Positions 1 to 13,328 of a stretch of 64,000 nucleotides of DNA are shown here, one piece after another; positions within the stretch are counted from its first letter, which is position 1, and each line of letters opens with the position of its first letter. Both the position numbers and the translations under genes were made by a program. The notes under the pieces were generated by a model. The model was given only the letters and a program-made list of their open reading frames with translations. It had not been told where the DNA came from and made no database searches. The DNA is from Marsupella aquatica (Eukaryota; Plantae; Marchantiophyta), in contig OZ316897.1 of NCBI GenBank assembly GCA_973895155.1, positions 15,499,375-15,563,374 on the forward strand. The letters run 5' to 3'.

Positions 1-2902
1 GGTTGAATTGTTGGTCGCCTTGGAGCCATCCTAACTTTAAATTTTTTATTTTTAAAAGGCAAAAGGAACCCAGCCAAGGAAAGCAATTTGCACGTACGTA
101 CAGCTATCCTTAAGACCTCGACCGAATCCAGTTCCAAACTGTAAGGGAGTACTGGTCTGTGTTACTCTCCAATCACAGTCAAAAATCTCAAGGGTACCAA
201 CAGTTGAATTGAAAAGGCAGAAACTTTGTTAGAGAAACGAATTAAATGAGCTTCAGCGTGTCTTAAGGAAGATAACGTGTATACTAGGGCTTTCTCTTTA
301 TAACTACCTCAGAAGTGGATCGATGGAGGGCTCGATTGAATCCTTCGAAAATGAGATGCCGTTGTATATATAGTCTTTTGTTGCAAGGCGCCTACAACCC
401 CTCGCCTCCCAGCCGACGGAGCGTTATACGTAACTCACTCAGAGAATTTCGTGCAACACACACTTGCTGTCTTGATTTATTTAAAATTTAAAATTCAATG
501 TATATAAAGCGCTTATAATTACTTGACTCTGATCCCGTGTCAAATATAACTCTAGCTAGCTCATATAATTTTGACGACTGGTGTTCAACAACATAGGAAA
601 GACTAGCTAATTGAAAGTCATGCACAATACACACATGTCCAAGATAGTGTTCATCTCTGGAGATTGTCACAAACACCTTACGAAAATTGATGATATATCT
701 AACAATATGGTTTGGAATAGATTATAGTGGATTGTAATTACTTTACTGAGAACTATGATAAATAAATCGTATACAAATACCGTACAGTTACTACGTACCA
801 GTTTACGTACTAGTACCCTTTAAGAACTCGTTGGTGGGTGATGCTCGTGATCCGGAACCCTTCGGTGTATATTGCACACAGCACACGCAATCTTAGTAAA
901 GAGGCTCGTACTATGTCCAGCGTGGGTCAATCAAGATCTACCATGTATTTCGTTATCATGATAACGAAAGAAATCTTGGGGGAACAGAATCTGGTGATCC
1001 CATGATTTACGTTCGTACCAGTAAACTACTCAGATTTTGTCGAGTCTCAGGAGCAAAATCTAGGCCTATCCCGAACCCAGACTCGAAGCAGCGAGTATGT
1101 CGTACCAAGCTCACTCTGGGAGTGGCTAAAGTATACATGTACGGATATCTGAACAGATTAGGAAAATTCAGGGCAGTCAGGATACATCTCAACTTCTTTG
1201 CTTTTGCTTTCTTTTGCATTTAATCTCGAGGGAATGCAAACTTAAAACTCAGTTGCTTCATTCAGTGTACTTTGAAAAGACAGTGTTAGCATAACTTCCT
1301 GAACGTTCTAATTTAGGCTCGCCTTGCCTTTAACTTGCTCGTTTACTTTGCAGCTATTTTCTAGACATGGGTGCCGCTTGACTGCATGCTCTCAATTCTA
1401 AATGAATTCCCAAAGTAGAATTCTAATTAGCAAGACAGCATCACTTGCTGCAGCCTTTAATTTGCATGGGAAAAAAAGTTGCAGTCTTGTTTGCTTTTTT
1501 GTTTTTGTGGTGGAGGAAAAGACACGGAAACCACGTCCGGGTGATAGGGCCGTCAACAGGACTGTTTTGTTTAATTTTCTTTGAAACTACTTTGTCAATT
1601 GCTAGAACATGCATACCACGCAGATTTGCCAATTGCTACTACATGCATAACACGCAGAGTTCACATCGAGATATAATAAGACCAACTTGCACTGATAGCT
1701 AGATAACCGTACGTTAATGACGGAAAATTCGTTATGTTGATTCACAACGGCAACAGAAGCGGCTTGGTTCCAACCAAAACAATACTGAAACACCGGAGGC
1801 TACCAAGAAAAAGGGCCATGATCTCAATCTAGCTCATTGGGTTAAGTTTCTTCTTGGGCTCGCTAGGAAACTCTACCTTGCATATCAATATATACCTCAG
1901 AACTAGCTACCTGACTTCGAACTTGGACGATTAGATTTAGTAGCACTAACGGCCAGGTTCGCTCAGATAAATTGAGACTCAAGAAACCTGATCATAATGT
2001 AGTCACTCATTTCTAAACTTCTGATTTTTGACCAAGAAGTCAACTGAGATTTTAGCAAGTTGGATGGTATTATTTCGTTACAGCCGGCTGAAGACCAGGT
2101 GAAGGCTGTACTGAATCGTCTTCGTATCAAAGAGTGAACTCAAAGAAAACTAAAAAATGCAACCAGAACAGGCGGACTTTTCATAACTAGGAAAGTGAGT
2201 ACTCAATGTGGGAAAAGGGATCGGAGGACCAAAACGCTGTATACGTACTAATTGTCGCGCCTTTGAGTACGTGTCTACACCTGAGCGCACAAGCCCTTGG
2301 CAAGTTGCGGTCATAAATTTGATATGGTGGTCAACAACTCTATTAAAATGCGGTATAGATTATGTTGCGATAGCTAGTGAACAAGGGTGTTGCATTCCGT
2401 ACGAATTCTCCTATATACTGGCCTGCTTTTGTCCATATTGACTTAGTTATATAATATTGCTGCTATAGGCTCAATTCTCTCACAGTGCCTTGGCTCGAAA
2501 CTTGATTCTTTCACAGGCACCACGACATCCTCAATGAGGGATAAAATTTTCCTGACTGTTCATATATGTACTAACCATTCACACCAGCAAGGTACATTTT
2601 GGTGAAAGTTGTAGTCCTTACAATGTCAGAGAAATCAATGAAAATACTATCGTCTGATCTCTGGACACAGGATCGGCTTATTCTTGTCGGTCCGTTATTG
2701 CATCAACCCGTTACCTACAGCGGAAAAGGGGACTTGAACCCTCAACGCTCCGGAAGCTTAAGCTTTTGCAGCGAAAAAGTACAATAACAACATGGATCTA
2801 AGAGCGGATCCAGCGCCTGATTTCCTGCTCTTGTCATGCAATTAATGAATAGCAGCCTGATATACAAGAAGCGTAAAATTGAATTGAAAGCAAGGCAAGA
2901 AA

Positions 2903-3052
2903 AAACGAATCGGGAAAAATATACTGAAAGTCTATTACAATTCTCTAGGTAAGCGAATTCCTGAGGATGAGAAATAAACGAATCGGGAAAAATATACTGA
3001 AAGTCTATTACAATTCTCTAGGTAAGCGAATTCCTGAGGATGAGAAATAAAC
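2903..3052. repeat. Perfect 73-bp tandem duplication
   Basis: aaacgaatcgggaaaaatatactg...gaggatgagaaat at 2903-2975 and again at 2976-3048. Confidence 0.95.
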
Positions 3053-3558
3053 AAAGCGTGATAGTCCTCTGTGGAAGAAGATCATATTGAAAATTACAGT
3101 GACTGTGAGGAAGACCTACAAAAACCAGGCTATCCCTTACAATGAATTAGGAGTCACGTGTTTTAGGAACGCACGTACTGCCTGGCCTGTTGGTGAGCGT
3201 TGTGTTCCCGGCCATTACAGAAAGGCATGTGCTTAAATCTATATTTGGCACTGTGCACATTACTACGTACAGGAAGGTTGTGATGTTTCGAGGTCAGGTT
3301 TTTCCATATTCTGCAGTCTCACTGTAAGTGTTACACACTGAAATTTTCTGTTTGTATTTTGGACAACCTTACTCAGTGCAACAATCTCCTTGGAATGCTT
3401 TATAGTTGAGGGTACGTTTTCCCCACCCAAGATCTTTGCCAGTTGTGCAGAGGCACTAGTTGTAGAGTGGAGTTTCCCCTTAGGTAAGAAAAAACAACAA
3501 CAACCGAGCCTGTATAATGACTTAGTAATGATCTAAGACATTGAAACTCAGCAGGGTT

Positions 3559-3652
3559 CATATAATGTAATTCCTGTCAGGAGAAGAGGAGGTTACCACT
3601 GGTTACCACTGTATATAATGTAATTTCCTGTCAGGAGAAGAGGAGGTTACCA
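3559..3652. repeat. Short (~40-50 bp) direct duplication
   Basis: atataatgtaatt(t)cctgtcaggagaagaggaggttacca occurs twice, separated by an extra ggttaccact. Confidence 0.85.
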
Positions 3653-3962
3653 ATGTGTAACCATTTCTGTAGGGGCTTGTTATAGTCATAATCTACTGTC
3701 CTGAATAGTCTAGCCAGTAACGTCTTTTCGGGCAGGAGTTACTTATGCTAGTGCAAGTCTGGGCTGGGTTATAGATTGTAACCTGCTCCCAGAATATTCA
3801 AAGAAGCTTTCCGGCTGCCGCCGGTCAGCTTCTTTTCATATTCCAGACGCAAGGTTACAGCCTAGTAACCCTGCGCCCAGACCTGCATTACCCTATACTT
3901 CAATCAATGACATACATAATCATCCATGGCCTCCGCAATAGCAGCTTTAGAGGTGTAAGATG

Positions 3963-4306
3963 TGTTGAGCAGAGACGACATTCGTAACGGCAAGCCCATG
4001 AACCATTCAACGCACAATAGTCGACACAGAGAGATACGTGGTTCACCTCCACATGAGGCTACGTCCACGGGCACACACAAGAGCTTTACTGCACTCTAGG
4101 TTGACCGGCCATACCAAGCATCCACAACACAAGTTCTCCCTATCTCTCAACTAGCTCCGTAACAATGAGCCTAAGTTCCACCAGGGTCTGGCATCAGCCC
4201 TGGCTATATGCACAACAGCACTATCGCTAACATTAGCTAAGTCCTAACCCGAGTTAGACTAACTGTGGTTAGCTCATGAGTCACAAGACTAGAGCAATAT
4301 CTAACA
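3963..4306. mobile_element. Solo LTR (344 bp)
   Basis: TGTT...AACA termini with 5-bp TSD AGATG (3958-3962 and 4307-4311); internal gtggttc...ctacgtccac motif typical of plant LTRs; no internal domain. Confidence 0.85.
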
Positions 4307-5571
4307 AGATGATGCCTGGGAGAAAATCTCTGGACAATCAGAGCAAGTACATAAACACGTGTGAATGAACACCCCTAATTATGTATGCCCCTTATTATAT
4401 TACTTTGCCAGATTTCCAAGTAATTATATATTTCATATTTGTCTACTTGTCACTATCAACTCAAAGGATTCATTATGTTGCAAAATGTCACCCCAAATGT
4501 CACTAGCTTAATAAAAATCAACCATTTTTTGATGTGAAAAACTTGATCAAGTCCAAAGTATATGGCTTTTTTAAATACAGGTTCTACAATCAAACTAGCC
4601 CAGCATTTTAGGACTTTTAAATATACACATATCCAAACTTTTTTTAATAAAACTACAGCAAGTTTAGGAAATCCTTTTTATCTTATGTGGAAAAGGAAAA
4701 ATTTAACCAATTGAAAATTTATATATGAGGAATAAAAGAAAGATAAAAATTAAGTGGAATACCCAGGTTTTTCCAAATTTTCTTTTTCACTACATGCAGC
4801 TTCCTAGTCCATATATTATTAAAAATGTAGTCACTTGCCTCTTATACAAGAGTTGTGTACCTAGGGTTATATGATTGCCATTGCGGTCATGTGTGCGTTG
4901 GTTTCATAATGCCCGCGAGGCAAAGAAGTGCAGGTGAGGCAAGAATTGTTGTCGTTCCAGTTGCTGAAATGCCAGCATTTGATTGGGTGGTGGTCGTTAC
5001 TGAAAATATTGTACCATTTTTGTACATCTTGTTGTTGCAAAAGTGATGTTGTGGGGGAGAGCAAAAGTTTGGAAGAGAGGAGTGCAAGATAGGCAACACT
5101 GGCTGGGCCATCATCAATGCCGCACCCTCTCTTTCCCTCCTTTGACTCTTCCAGCCTCGGTCCTCGTCGCTCCATCCCTCCTCCTCATTTCCTTCCCTCC
5201 AATACAATTATCAAAAAGAGAAGGAAAAGTCATTTAGAAAAAGGCAAATATATTACCCTTACCCCCACCCCACCAAAGAAAAGGAAAGTCTCTCCTCATC
5301 AACAGAAAGCCAAAAATCTTTCATGCCAAATGAATGTATTTCCCATGTAATCTTTGCATGTGTGTGCAGAAAGTACATACTAGAAGAGTACTACACTCTA
5401 CTCTAGGACATGTGCCTAGCAATCTAGTGTACAAACAAATTGAATGATATGATCTCCTTGGGCACCGTCCTTCATTCAATCCCACTTGTGCCAGAATTTT
5501 CCCTATTGAAAAAGTTTTTCAAGACATTATTGGGATGGATTGGATTTTTCTGGGATCCCTTGTTATAGTGA

Positions 5572-5787
5572 CCCTGGGCCCTCGGTCCAAAATAAAATTA
5601 GTGAACCCCCTCCCATTGTGACCCCTTTGCTCTCACCCCTTGTTATTTATGTTTTCCTATAAAAAGTCACCTTGTTACCGATAATATTAATAATTATTAA
5701 TTTAAAATCAATAAAAACCAACCTTTCAAGCATTCGCACTTAGTCTGCGAGGTACTCCACATATTATTGAAGACTGAGGGCCCAAGA
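5572..5787. mobile_element. Diverged MITE of the CCCTGGGCCC-TIR family
   Basis: Termini ccctgggccctc / gagggcccaaga; internal sequence clearly similar to the copies at 39804 and 61183; TSD not preserved. Confidence 0.8.
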
Positions 5788-7700
5788 TCATAATCTCTCA
5801 AACACTTTGGGTGCCCAATTTTATGGATCCCATGTACTGCCAATGCAAAGCCCATTGAATTTTTGCAAGACCAGTGAGAATGAAACAGTCTGGAACGTAC
5901 TGTCTTCTTGAACCTTCGTTGAATTAATGACCATGATTCGCCCCTTATTGGAATTAATCCGTGGACCCCCATGTTCATCCAAGGAATGTGTGTTTGATGA
6001 AGTGAAATCAATTTTCAACAAGGCGGTAATCGCCCGGGTAATCGACGGTTTTGAGTCTCCCGATGGTCTTGGTGTGTGCTCGTACAAAAGAAAAGTAACG
6101 CTCAAAAGATGGAGGAGATTTATTAATGGAAGGTTGAATATGGAAGAATTGAGTTTTCTGATGGTTTTTGCTTACACATTAGAGAAATCATGTTTCTATC
6201 ATTCATGATTGATCGTTTGTGAGTTACATTGAGCATTACCGCCACAAGACAGACTGGAGGACAACACTTAGCTATTGGCAAAAGAGCGCTTGTCGATTCG
6301 GTGGGAAGAACACACAAAACAAACAAGTCATCGCGTCACATGAAGGATTTGTAGTTTTTTTATTTAAGAAAGCTATGGTGTGAGAGGGAGACCAATGATT
6401 GTTTCTTTGACATAGAAGCTACATTTGGCGTCAACCTGTGTTCAGAGTGAGCTTCAGTTGAAGACTAGAGGAATGCAAACAATTCAAGCCGGGAAGCAAG
6501 CATTGTGGACAAGGGATGGCGACGTAATCAAAGAAATCAATTTTCAACGGCTAAGTTTGTGACAGTGATGACATTGTGATATCTCTTAATCGAGAAAGGG
6601 TTTCCAATGAGCCTCAGATTGACAAATTTTGTCAAGTTCCAAATGAGTTTTTGAATTTCTTTGCCTTTCCAATGAGTGAGTATAAGAAATATTGATCATG
6701 AGTCCATGAATTCTTTTAGCTTTCCAATATGATTGAGTCCGACATTGACAAATTTTACGTCAGATTTTGTCACGTTACTAAAGAGATCATGAGGTTTTCA
6801 ATCTCTCTAGCTTTCTAATGTGTGACATTGAGATTATTCGTCAAGAATTACAGAGATCATGAGTATATGAATTTCTCTAGCTTTCCAATGAATCAAACAT
6901 TGATAGATTTTATCAAGTACTAAGGAGATTGATTATTTAGTTTTACAATGTGAAGCCAAAGGGGTTTTAACTATGTACATTTTTATTGGTTGGTTTTTTC
7001 AAGCTTGCAAACAATTAAAAAATACAAGCATTTTGATATAAAACACTGATATATCTTTGACAAACATCAAAATGGTAACTTTATTTTACTAAATGACATA
7101 TCTCCCTTTGTATTTTGGTTTTTTTTACGTTCAATATTTACGGCATGGTGCCCCAAAAATTACGTTGCTTTTGCCACAAACAGGAATGTGCACGTTTATT
7201 ATTGTTAAAAGTATGATCATTCCTGTTTGTGGCTGGTTGTGATGATGTGGCTCAACCTCGTGGCAGGGAATTTGCAAGAGACCTCTCATGGGGGTCCGTA
7301 AATAAGTTGATGGAATTAGATAACATTAATTTGCGCTTCCATGCATTGTCATTTCCCTATTGCATTGTAAGTCAGAAAGTCTCAGTCATAAAGGCTGGAC
7401 AACATATGATAGTTTGTCTAATATTTTGCTTTCAGATTTCATCACAATTGTTCATATCAAGTGACTATGGATTTGGAAGATTTTGAGTTGTAGGACACTT
7501 GAAATCTTCCAATCCTACATAGACTTCATTGGGTACCAGAATGCTTATGTGGACACTCAGTTAAATTCTGGCCAGAGTTTGGACCTCTTGAGGTGGTATC
7601 TAATTGGAAGACCATTATATTTTGGTCTCTTCTTCATGCTGGCACTTGTAAGCATGACCTATATCTCTTCTCATTTTGGCCCTGCAGTTTCAATGTATTA

Positions 7701-7818
7701 CCTGACCACCTTTTCTAGTCAAAAGACCATTTAAATGGACCTGTTACTAGGTATGGTAAGAACTAAGTGACTCACCTGACCACCTTTTCTGGTCAAGAAA
7801 CCATCTAAATGGACCTGT
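7701..7818. repeat. Pair of ~44-bp direct repeats
   Basis: cctgaccaccttttct(a/g)gtcaa...accat(t/c)taaatggacctgt at ~7701 and ~7775. Confidence 0.8.
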
Positions 7819-8227
7819 GAAAATAGATTTGGTAAAAGTGACTCAACTATTGTTGCAGTAGTGAGTGAACCATGTCCTATGAGCAAGCTCTCAGGAAGAC
7901 ATTAAAAGCCAGCACTTAATTATTCAGGGAATGCATTATCCTATAAGTGCATGACTCAATTGATAAATGCATCAAAGTACTCTATGTAGTTGTTTGTTGC
8001 ACTTTAATATATATCAATAAACTCTTCTTATGTATGCATTGCATGAAGTAACTGATTATAAATGCATGACTGTGTACACTTGTAGATGGTCATGCACTTC
8101 TATAATATTTGTCATTTAATTAGTGCTTCTAGTGTTGACCTGCACTACGCAAACTACATTTTATGGTGCATTTACAAACTAAGGAAATCACTATAATAAT
8201 AGAGGACTATATGGGCCGGCCTGCATT

Positions 8228-8378
8228 TATCTGCACTCATACATGGAATTTCACTATCCACATTTACTGCACTTATCCATGGAACTTCACTACCACACTT
8301 ACTGCACTTATCCATGGAACTTCACTACCACAGTTACTGCACTTATCCATGGAATTTCAGTACCACACTTACTGCACT
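8228..8378. repeat. 35-bp minisatellite, ~4.3 copies
   Basis: ttactgcacttatccatggaa(c/t)ttcactaccacac repeated head-to-tail with no unique spacers. Confidence 0.9.
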
Positions 8379-11178
8379 GCATCCAATTCTCAGCATTGGG
8401 TGGGTGAACCGGTGAAGCATTTGTAAGTTTGGATTTCTGAATGCGGCAGGACAAAGCCCCATCCCCAAAAATGCAAATCTTGGAGCAAACAGAAGTAAAA
8501 AATTGCAGGTGACCAAAAATAACTATGGGTGGCTAAAATATAGGATATAGGAGGCTGTCATGATATGGATGGTTTTTGGATGGTTTTTGGATGCACGGTT
8601 CCCTGTATGCGCTTCAATCTCGTAAAGCCTCCCGCACGTGTACTCCAATGACTAGTGTTAGCAACAGCACTTGGCTCAATCGTCGAAGCTATCCTTCCTG
8701 AGATCGATCGAGCTGTGCTTACAGCTCCGGTCGAAGCTTTTGTGGGTCCACAAGATTGACCCATTCATCAGCCGGGAACTCAGCTTTCGTCTCGATCATC
8801 AATTGCCACTTGCACTGTGCAGTGTGCGCGCGCGTGAGCTTTACGATTTGAGCGCCCGCATCTCTTTCTGCCATTGAGTGACGTACGTACACCAGTGGAT
8901 AAACTTGTAACACCAGCTTTGTGCAGTCTCAGCGGAATAAGCCCAAATATAGATAGCACAGACGTCATACACCAAGCCATTAATTAGTTAGAGCAGCGTG
9001 CCTAAGAACTGAACGAGGAACCATTGTCATGCTAACCTCCCACTGGAGTACTTGATGACTTAATTCCCCTTATAATTGTACCTGGAGAGAACTATTGTTG
9101 GTCTAAAACCCTCACTAGCTCTAGAAGAATTAATCTATAATAATAATTTTCTATTCTGATTGATTAAATCTCTTCATAATATACTCATCCCACGAGGTCG
9201 CCACTACATTCGTTTTCCCCTTCACCTACGTAGTCAGATACTCTATTCCTATAGGTCACCAATTGACTGACTGATCGAGAATTTGAGAAGACAGTGATTT
9301 CCAATGATACTATAGATGCTTTCCAATTTAAACTAACAAGTTGTGGGACTCAAAATACATGCCTGGCTAGTAGCGTTCGAGAGCACAAGCAGTTACAACA
9401 ATAGGACATGACTTGTCTGAGTTTATGGAAGGGACTAACTGTTGCAGTATGGAAGGGACTAATGAATCAACGCCTCGATTGTTAAATGCCATGAGTGTCG
9501 TGCTCTAGCAGTACTGTCTAAATCAACATGGAATTCGAGAGAGGGCATTTCATTATTGACCTAGTTAATGACCATGATATATGCTGTGACAAATTGCCTG
9601 ATTAATTGAAAGCAACTGAGTTTATATATATATGAGCTTGTTTGTAGTCTTGATGATGCCTTCACCACGTCTACTTTGATCATTTGGGCATCTCTGCACG
9701 CCATCAGGTCCTAGAGTTCTGGGCTTGGCTCTCTATAGGTCTGTTCACCCACCTTGGACGAAAGCCTTATCACGTGGCTTTCTATTAGACGAGCTCTACC
9801 TGGTCCGATTCCTGGTTTCTTTATTTTTTATGATTCGTTCCGTATCAGACACCTAGTACCGTACAAGAGCAGCAGCCAAGCTAAGAGTTCTATCGATGTT
9901 ACTCAAGGGGTGTGATCAAATCAATGATAAGCTTGACTAGTTGCAGTTGCGACCTGCAGACCAAAACGAAACCATGTATTAGGTGTTGCCTATCACCTAA
10001 CACAGTACTGCGCTGTCCACGGATCTCCCTGATGTTAATTTGAGTTTCGGACCCATATAGAGGTCTGAAACTTCTAAATTAGAATTCTGAAATATATTGA
10101 TCGATCACGTATCCACTTGCATTGGAGGAAAACGAAGAATTCCCAAATTGCCACGAGTTATATATGAGGACAAGTGCCGTCCAAGAATAAAATTAGTGGA
10201 GAAAATTTGTGATCATAATGTTCTCTAGTGTAAATGTACACTAAGAGAGACTTGAGAATCTCGAAAGACTGCCATGTTTTTGCTTTTGCTGGGATCATGG
10301 GATCATTGTGGCCGTGAGATCTTTCGTATTGTTATTGTTTGATTTAGAGGCGACCTTCGTCGGCGCCCATATATCTTAGTTAGCGTTTCCTTGGAAAAGT
10401 CACTCGGATTGGGGCAGGGTTAATTTAGCTCAGTCAGATCGATTCAGATTCTGTCTTGTTCCATCACAACGTCGCATGCAGCGAAAGAACTGGGACACGT
10501 CCATCCATGATGTCAACATATATAGCACAAAGAGAAGTTTTACTACCGGCATTGCATGTGGGCCAAGCCACATCCGTCGATCCGATAGAAGGATCGGGTA
10601 CCGGTTTCGCGTGAGGAATAAATAATCAATCCAGAGTTTGTGATATATCGGATTGACGGCTTATTTATTCCTCTCCCGAAACCGTAATATACCTTACAGA
10701 AGCTTCAGATAAGTGGGATCAACGGCATTGAGAGACGTGAATTGCGAACAAGCCATAAATTGATACGACTTGGGATGGAATAACGTGTATTGGTGAAAAG
10801 TGGGGATTACATGAGGGTGAAAGCTTGCAATATCCATATGAGGGGAAATACTTGAGATAAAAAACTACACGAGAGATTAAAGTGGATGATGAAGAAGAAT
10901 TCAGGTGCAGGCTGCTGGACATTGGTAGAACTCTCGGCATTATAGGAATTGGAGAGCGGACGTTCGAGCTGTAATTACATAAAGATGGAGACTGGCTAAT
11001 TCAGATATATAATTGCGGACTCCGGACGGCTGCATCCGATGGCATTGCTTTGGCCGGCTGCCCAAAGCAGCCAGTCCCGGGCTAAGGTAATGGCCTTTTT
11101 GTGCCCTTTTTGATCTCATGGGCATTATGGCAACGCAACAGTCTATAGTCTATCATTTTATACGGAAATTAAAGTGAA

Positions 11179-11238
11179 CCAATTGTATTGGTTACTTTTA
11201 GCCAATTGCCAATTGTATGGGTTACTTTTAGCCAATTG
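11179..11238 (+). promoter_or_regulatory. Tandem 30-bp duplication with four CCAATTG sites ~100 bp upstream of the HypX-like ATG; candidate promoter element
   Basis: ccaattgtat(t/g)ggttacttttagccaattg x2; the duplication is seen, regulatory role is inference. Confidence 0.45.
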
Positions 11239-11336
11239 CAAGAAAGTCGGGAGGAAAATGATACTTTTGTCGAGCCTGAGGGCTGCGGTTCTAGTACTTA
11301 ATTCCGTTGTTGATTGTGACTGAATCAGCTTCGAAC

Positions 11337-13328
11337 ATGAACTGTTGCGCGGTACGTGCCAAGGTGCACTGGTGTTCTACTCTGTCGACTCTTCGTCCTC
11401 CTCCTCGACCTTTTACCTTCTGTACGAAGCTTGATGATCGATCTCGAACAGCTAGAGTCAGGCTGCTGTCCCTATCGAAAGTAGTGCGAGCTGTCCAGGA
11501 CACGCGTTTCAGCAAAAACATGAAGATCACACCGGTAACTGCAACTCTACCCAAAGATCTCAAGGTTTTGCTGTTCAGCGACGCCAACAACTGCATGACG
11601 CAAAAGACTTGGCTAGAATTGACAGAACTCGGCATCGAAGTCTACACGCACTTCGACACCAATGCCAACGCCATGATTCTTGCAGTCCACGCCGTAAAGC
11701 CCGACCTGATCATTTGCCCATTTCTGACGAAGCGCATTCCGGCTGAAATCTACAAGAACAAGGCTGTCCCGTGCCTGATAGTTCACCCTGGACCAGAAGG
11801 CGATCGGGGAATGTCGTCCCTCGACTGGGCGGTGATGAATGGCGAGCAGTCGTGGGGAGTCACACTTCTGCAGGCAGAGGAAGACATGGACACCGGTGCG
11901 ATCTGGAGCACTCACAACTTCGCCATTGACAAAAATGGTCTTCCGACCAAGTCCGGTCTGTATCGGAGGGACTGTATTGAAGCAGCCATGAAAGGACTTC
12001 ACGATGTCTTGGCCATGGTCACTAGGGGCAATCCCCAACCGCGTCAGCTCGATTACACAAATCCTAACGTCAAAGGGCGGTTGCAGCCACGTATGCTGCA
12101 GGCCGATCGAGGAATCGACTGGACTTTGCCTGCAGCTGATATCGCCCAAATCGTTCGAGCAGCTGACTCCCAGCCCGGCGTTCTGGACTCCATTTGCGGC
12201 ATTAAATACCTTCTCTTCGGAGCTCACGTTGAGCCCAATCCACCCATGACTGGATCTTCACCGCCTTTGTCACCAACCAAGTCTCTGCTGGCCAAACGGC
12301 GCGGCGCGGTCCTCATCTCTTGCGGCACAAATGGGCAAGAAGCGGTGTGGATTACTCATCTCAGAAAGCCCAACGCGGGTGAACGTCACCACATCAAGCT
12401 CCCGGCTACAGCAGTTCTGCCATCCAAGGTAGTGGAGTACCTGCCGGAATTGCCCGAGCCAAGTTTACTGTTGCCTTTTGGCGAACTTCCCAAGACATTT
12501 CAGGAGATCTTCGTATGGGAGAAGAGCCATGTCTGCTACCTGTGGTTCGATTTCTACAACGGTGCTATGAACACGGAGCAGTGCGCTCGTCTTGCCGTCA
12601 CTTTGGAGAGCATCAAAAAGTCGACCAGAGCACATGTCTTGGTGCTAATGGGAGGAAGAAACTTCTTCAGCAATGGGATCAATCTCAATTCAATTGAAGC
12701 AGCTCCTGATGCTTTCGAGGAGTCGTGGCAGAACATCAACAGCATGAATGATTTCGTAGAGGAGGTGCTGACGGCCTCTGACTTCCTGACCGTTTCTGTG
12801 TTCGGTGGAAATGCTGGGGCCGGTGGGGTAATGGCAGCTCTCGCCGCTGACGAGGTATGGACGACTGGAAGCACTATCCTCAACCCCCACTACAAATCTA
12901 TGGGGCTCTACGGGTCGGAGTATTGGACATACACCTTGCCGAAGAGAGTGGGTGCCAAAAAGGCTGCGGAGCTGACCGGAAACTCTATTCCCATCTCGGC
13001 AACCACCGCTCTTCAGATCGGCCTGGTCGATCGTGTCTACAAGGGCCGCTTCGGACCCAGTCATTTCCAAAAGTGGGTTGTTGAGCGCGCAGAAGCAATT
13101 GCGAATGACCCTGCAGTGCGGCAAAAAATCATTGAAAAGAAAACTAAGATCGACAACGAAGTTTTCAGAAGTAAAATCCAAGAATGTCGTGATTTTGAGC
13201 TGAAACAAATGCAGAAGAGTTTTGGAAGTCATGAATACAACGCCAAACGGCATGCGTTTGTCTACAAAATACGCAAGGGCACCTCATGCCTCCCAAGTCG
13301 CTGTATTGTAGAAAAACAGACACGGTAA
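11337..13328 (+). CDS. hypX: HypX/HoxX-like protein (N10-formyl-THF formyltransferase domain + enoyl-CoA hydratase/crotonase-like domain) with putative N-terminal organellar transit peptide; intronless, intact
   Basis: Family motifs PDLIICPFL, VHPGPEGDRGMSSLDWA, WGVTLLQAEEDMDTG, FYNGAM..QC, FFSNGINLNSIEAA, ESWQNI, GNAGAGG, LNPHYKSMGLYGSEYWTYTLPKRVG; first ATG at 11337 (track start 11307 is TTG). Confidence 0.93.
   Translation: MNCCAVRAKVHWCSTLSTLRPPPRPFTFCTKLDDRSRTARVRLLSLSKVVRAVQDTRFSKNMKITPVTATLPKDLKVLLFSDANNCMTQKTWLELTELGIEVYTHFDTNANAMILAVHAVKPDLIICPFLTKRIPAEIYKNKAVPCLIVHPGPEGDRGMSSLDWAVMNGEQSWGVTLLQAEEDMDTGAIWSTHNFAIDKNGLPTKSGLYRRDCIEAAMKGLHDVLAMVTRGNPQPRQLDYTNPNVKGRLQPRMLQADRGIDWTLPAADIAQIVRAADSQPGVLDSICGIKYLLFGAHVEPNPPMTGSSPPLSPTKSLLAKRRGAVLISCGTNGQEAVWITHLRKPNAGERHHIKLPATAVLPSKVVEYLPELPEPSLLLPFGELPKTFQEIFVWEKSHVCYLWFDFYNGAMNTEQCARLAVTLESIKKSTRAHVLVLMGGRNFFSNGINLNSIEAAPDAFEESWQNINSMNDFVEEVLTASDFLTVSVFGGNAGAGGVMAALAADEVWTTGSTILNPHYKSMGLYGSEYWTYTLPKRVGAKKAAELTGNSIPISATTALQIGLVDRVYKGRFGPSHFQKWVVERAEAIANDPAVRQKIIEKKTKIDNEVFRSKIQECRDFELKQMQKSFGSHEYNAKRHAFVYKIRKGTSCLPSRCIVEKQTR

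Noticed and set aside
6590-6960. Degenerate ctttccaat-containing repeats as a defined element
   Set aside because: Probably an old TE remnant, but no termini, TSD or period could be fixed
8228-8378. 35-bp repeats as a CRISPR array
   Set aside because: Units are head-to-tail with no unique spacers, no cas genes, eukaryotic context
1-11300. Short ORFs of 60-105 aa in the first 11 kb
   Set aside because: No recognisable motifs, many non-ATG starts, overlapping on both strands; consistent with chance ORFs
11291-13253. Antisense and alternate-frame ORFs over the hypX-like gene
   Set aside because: Shadows of a GC-rich coding region
11337-13328. Bacterial contamination or a hydrogenase operon
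   Set aside because: Flanks are gene-poor eukaryote-like DNA with a solo LTR and MITEs, and there are no neighbouring hyp genes; read-level check still advisable
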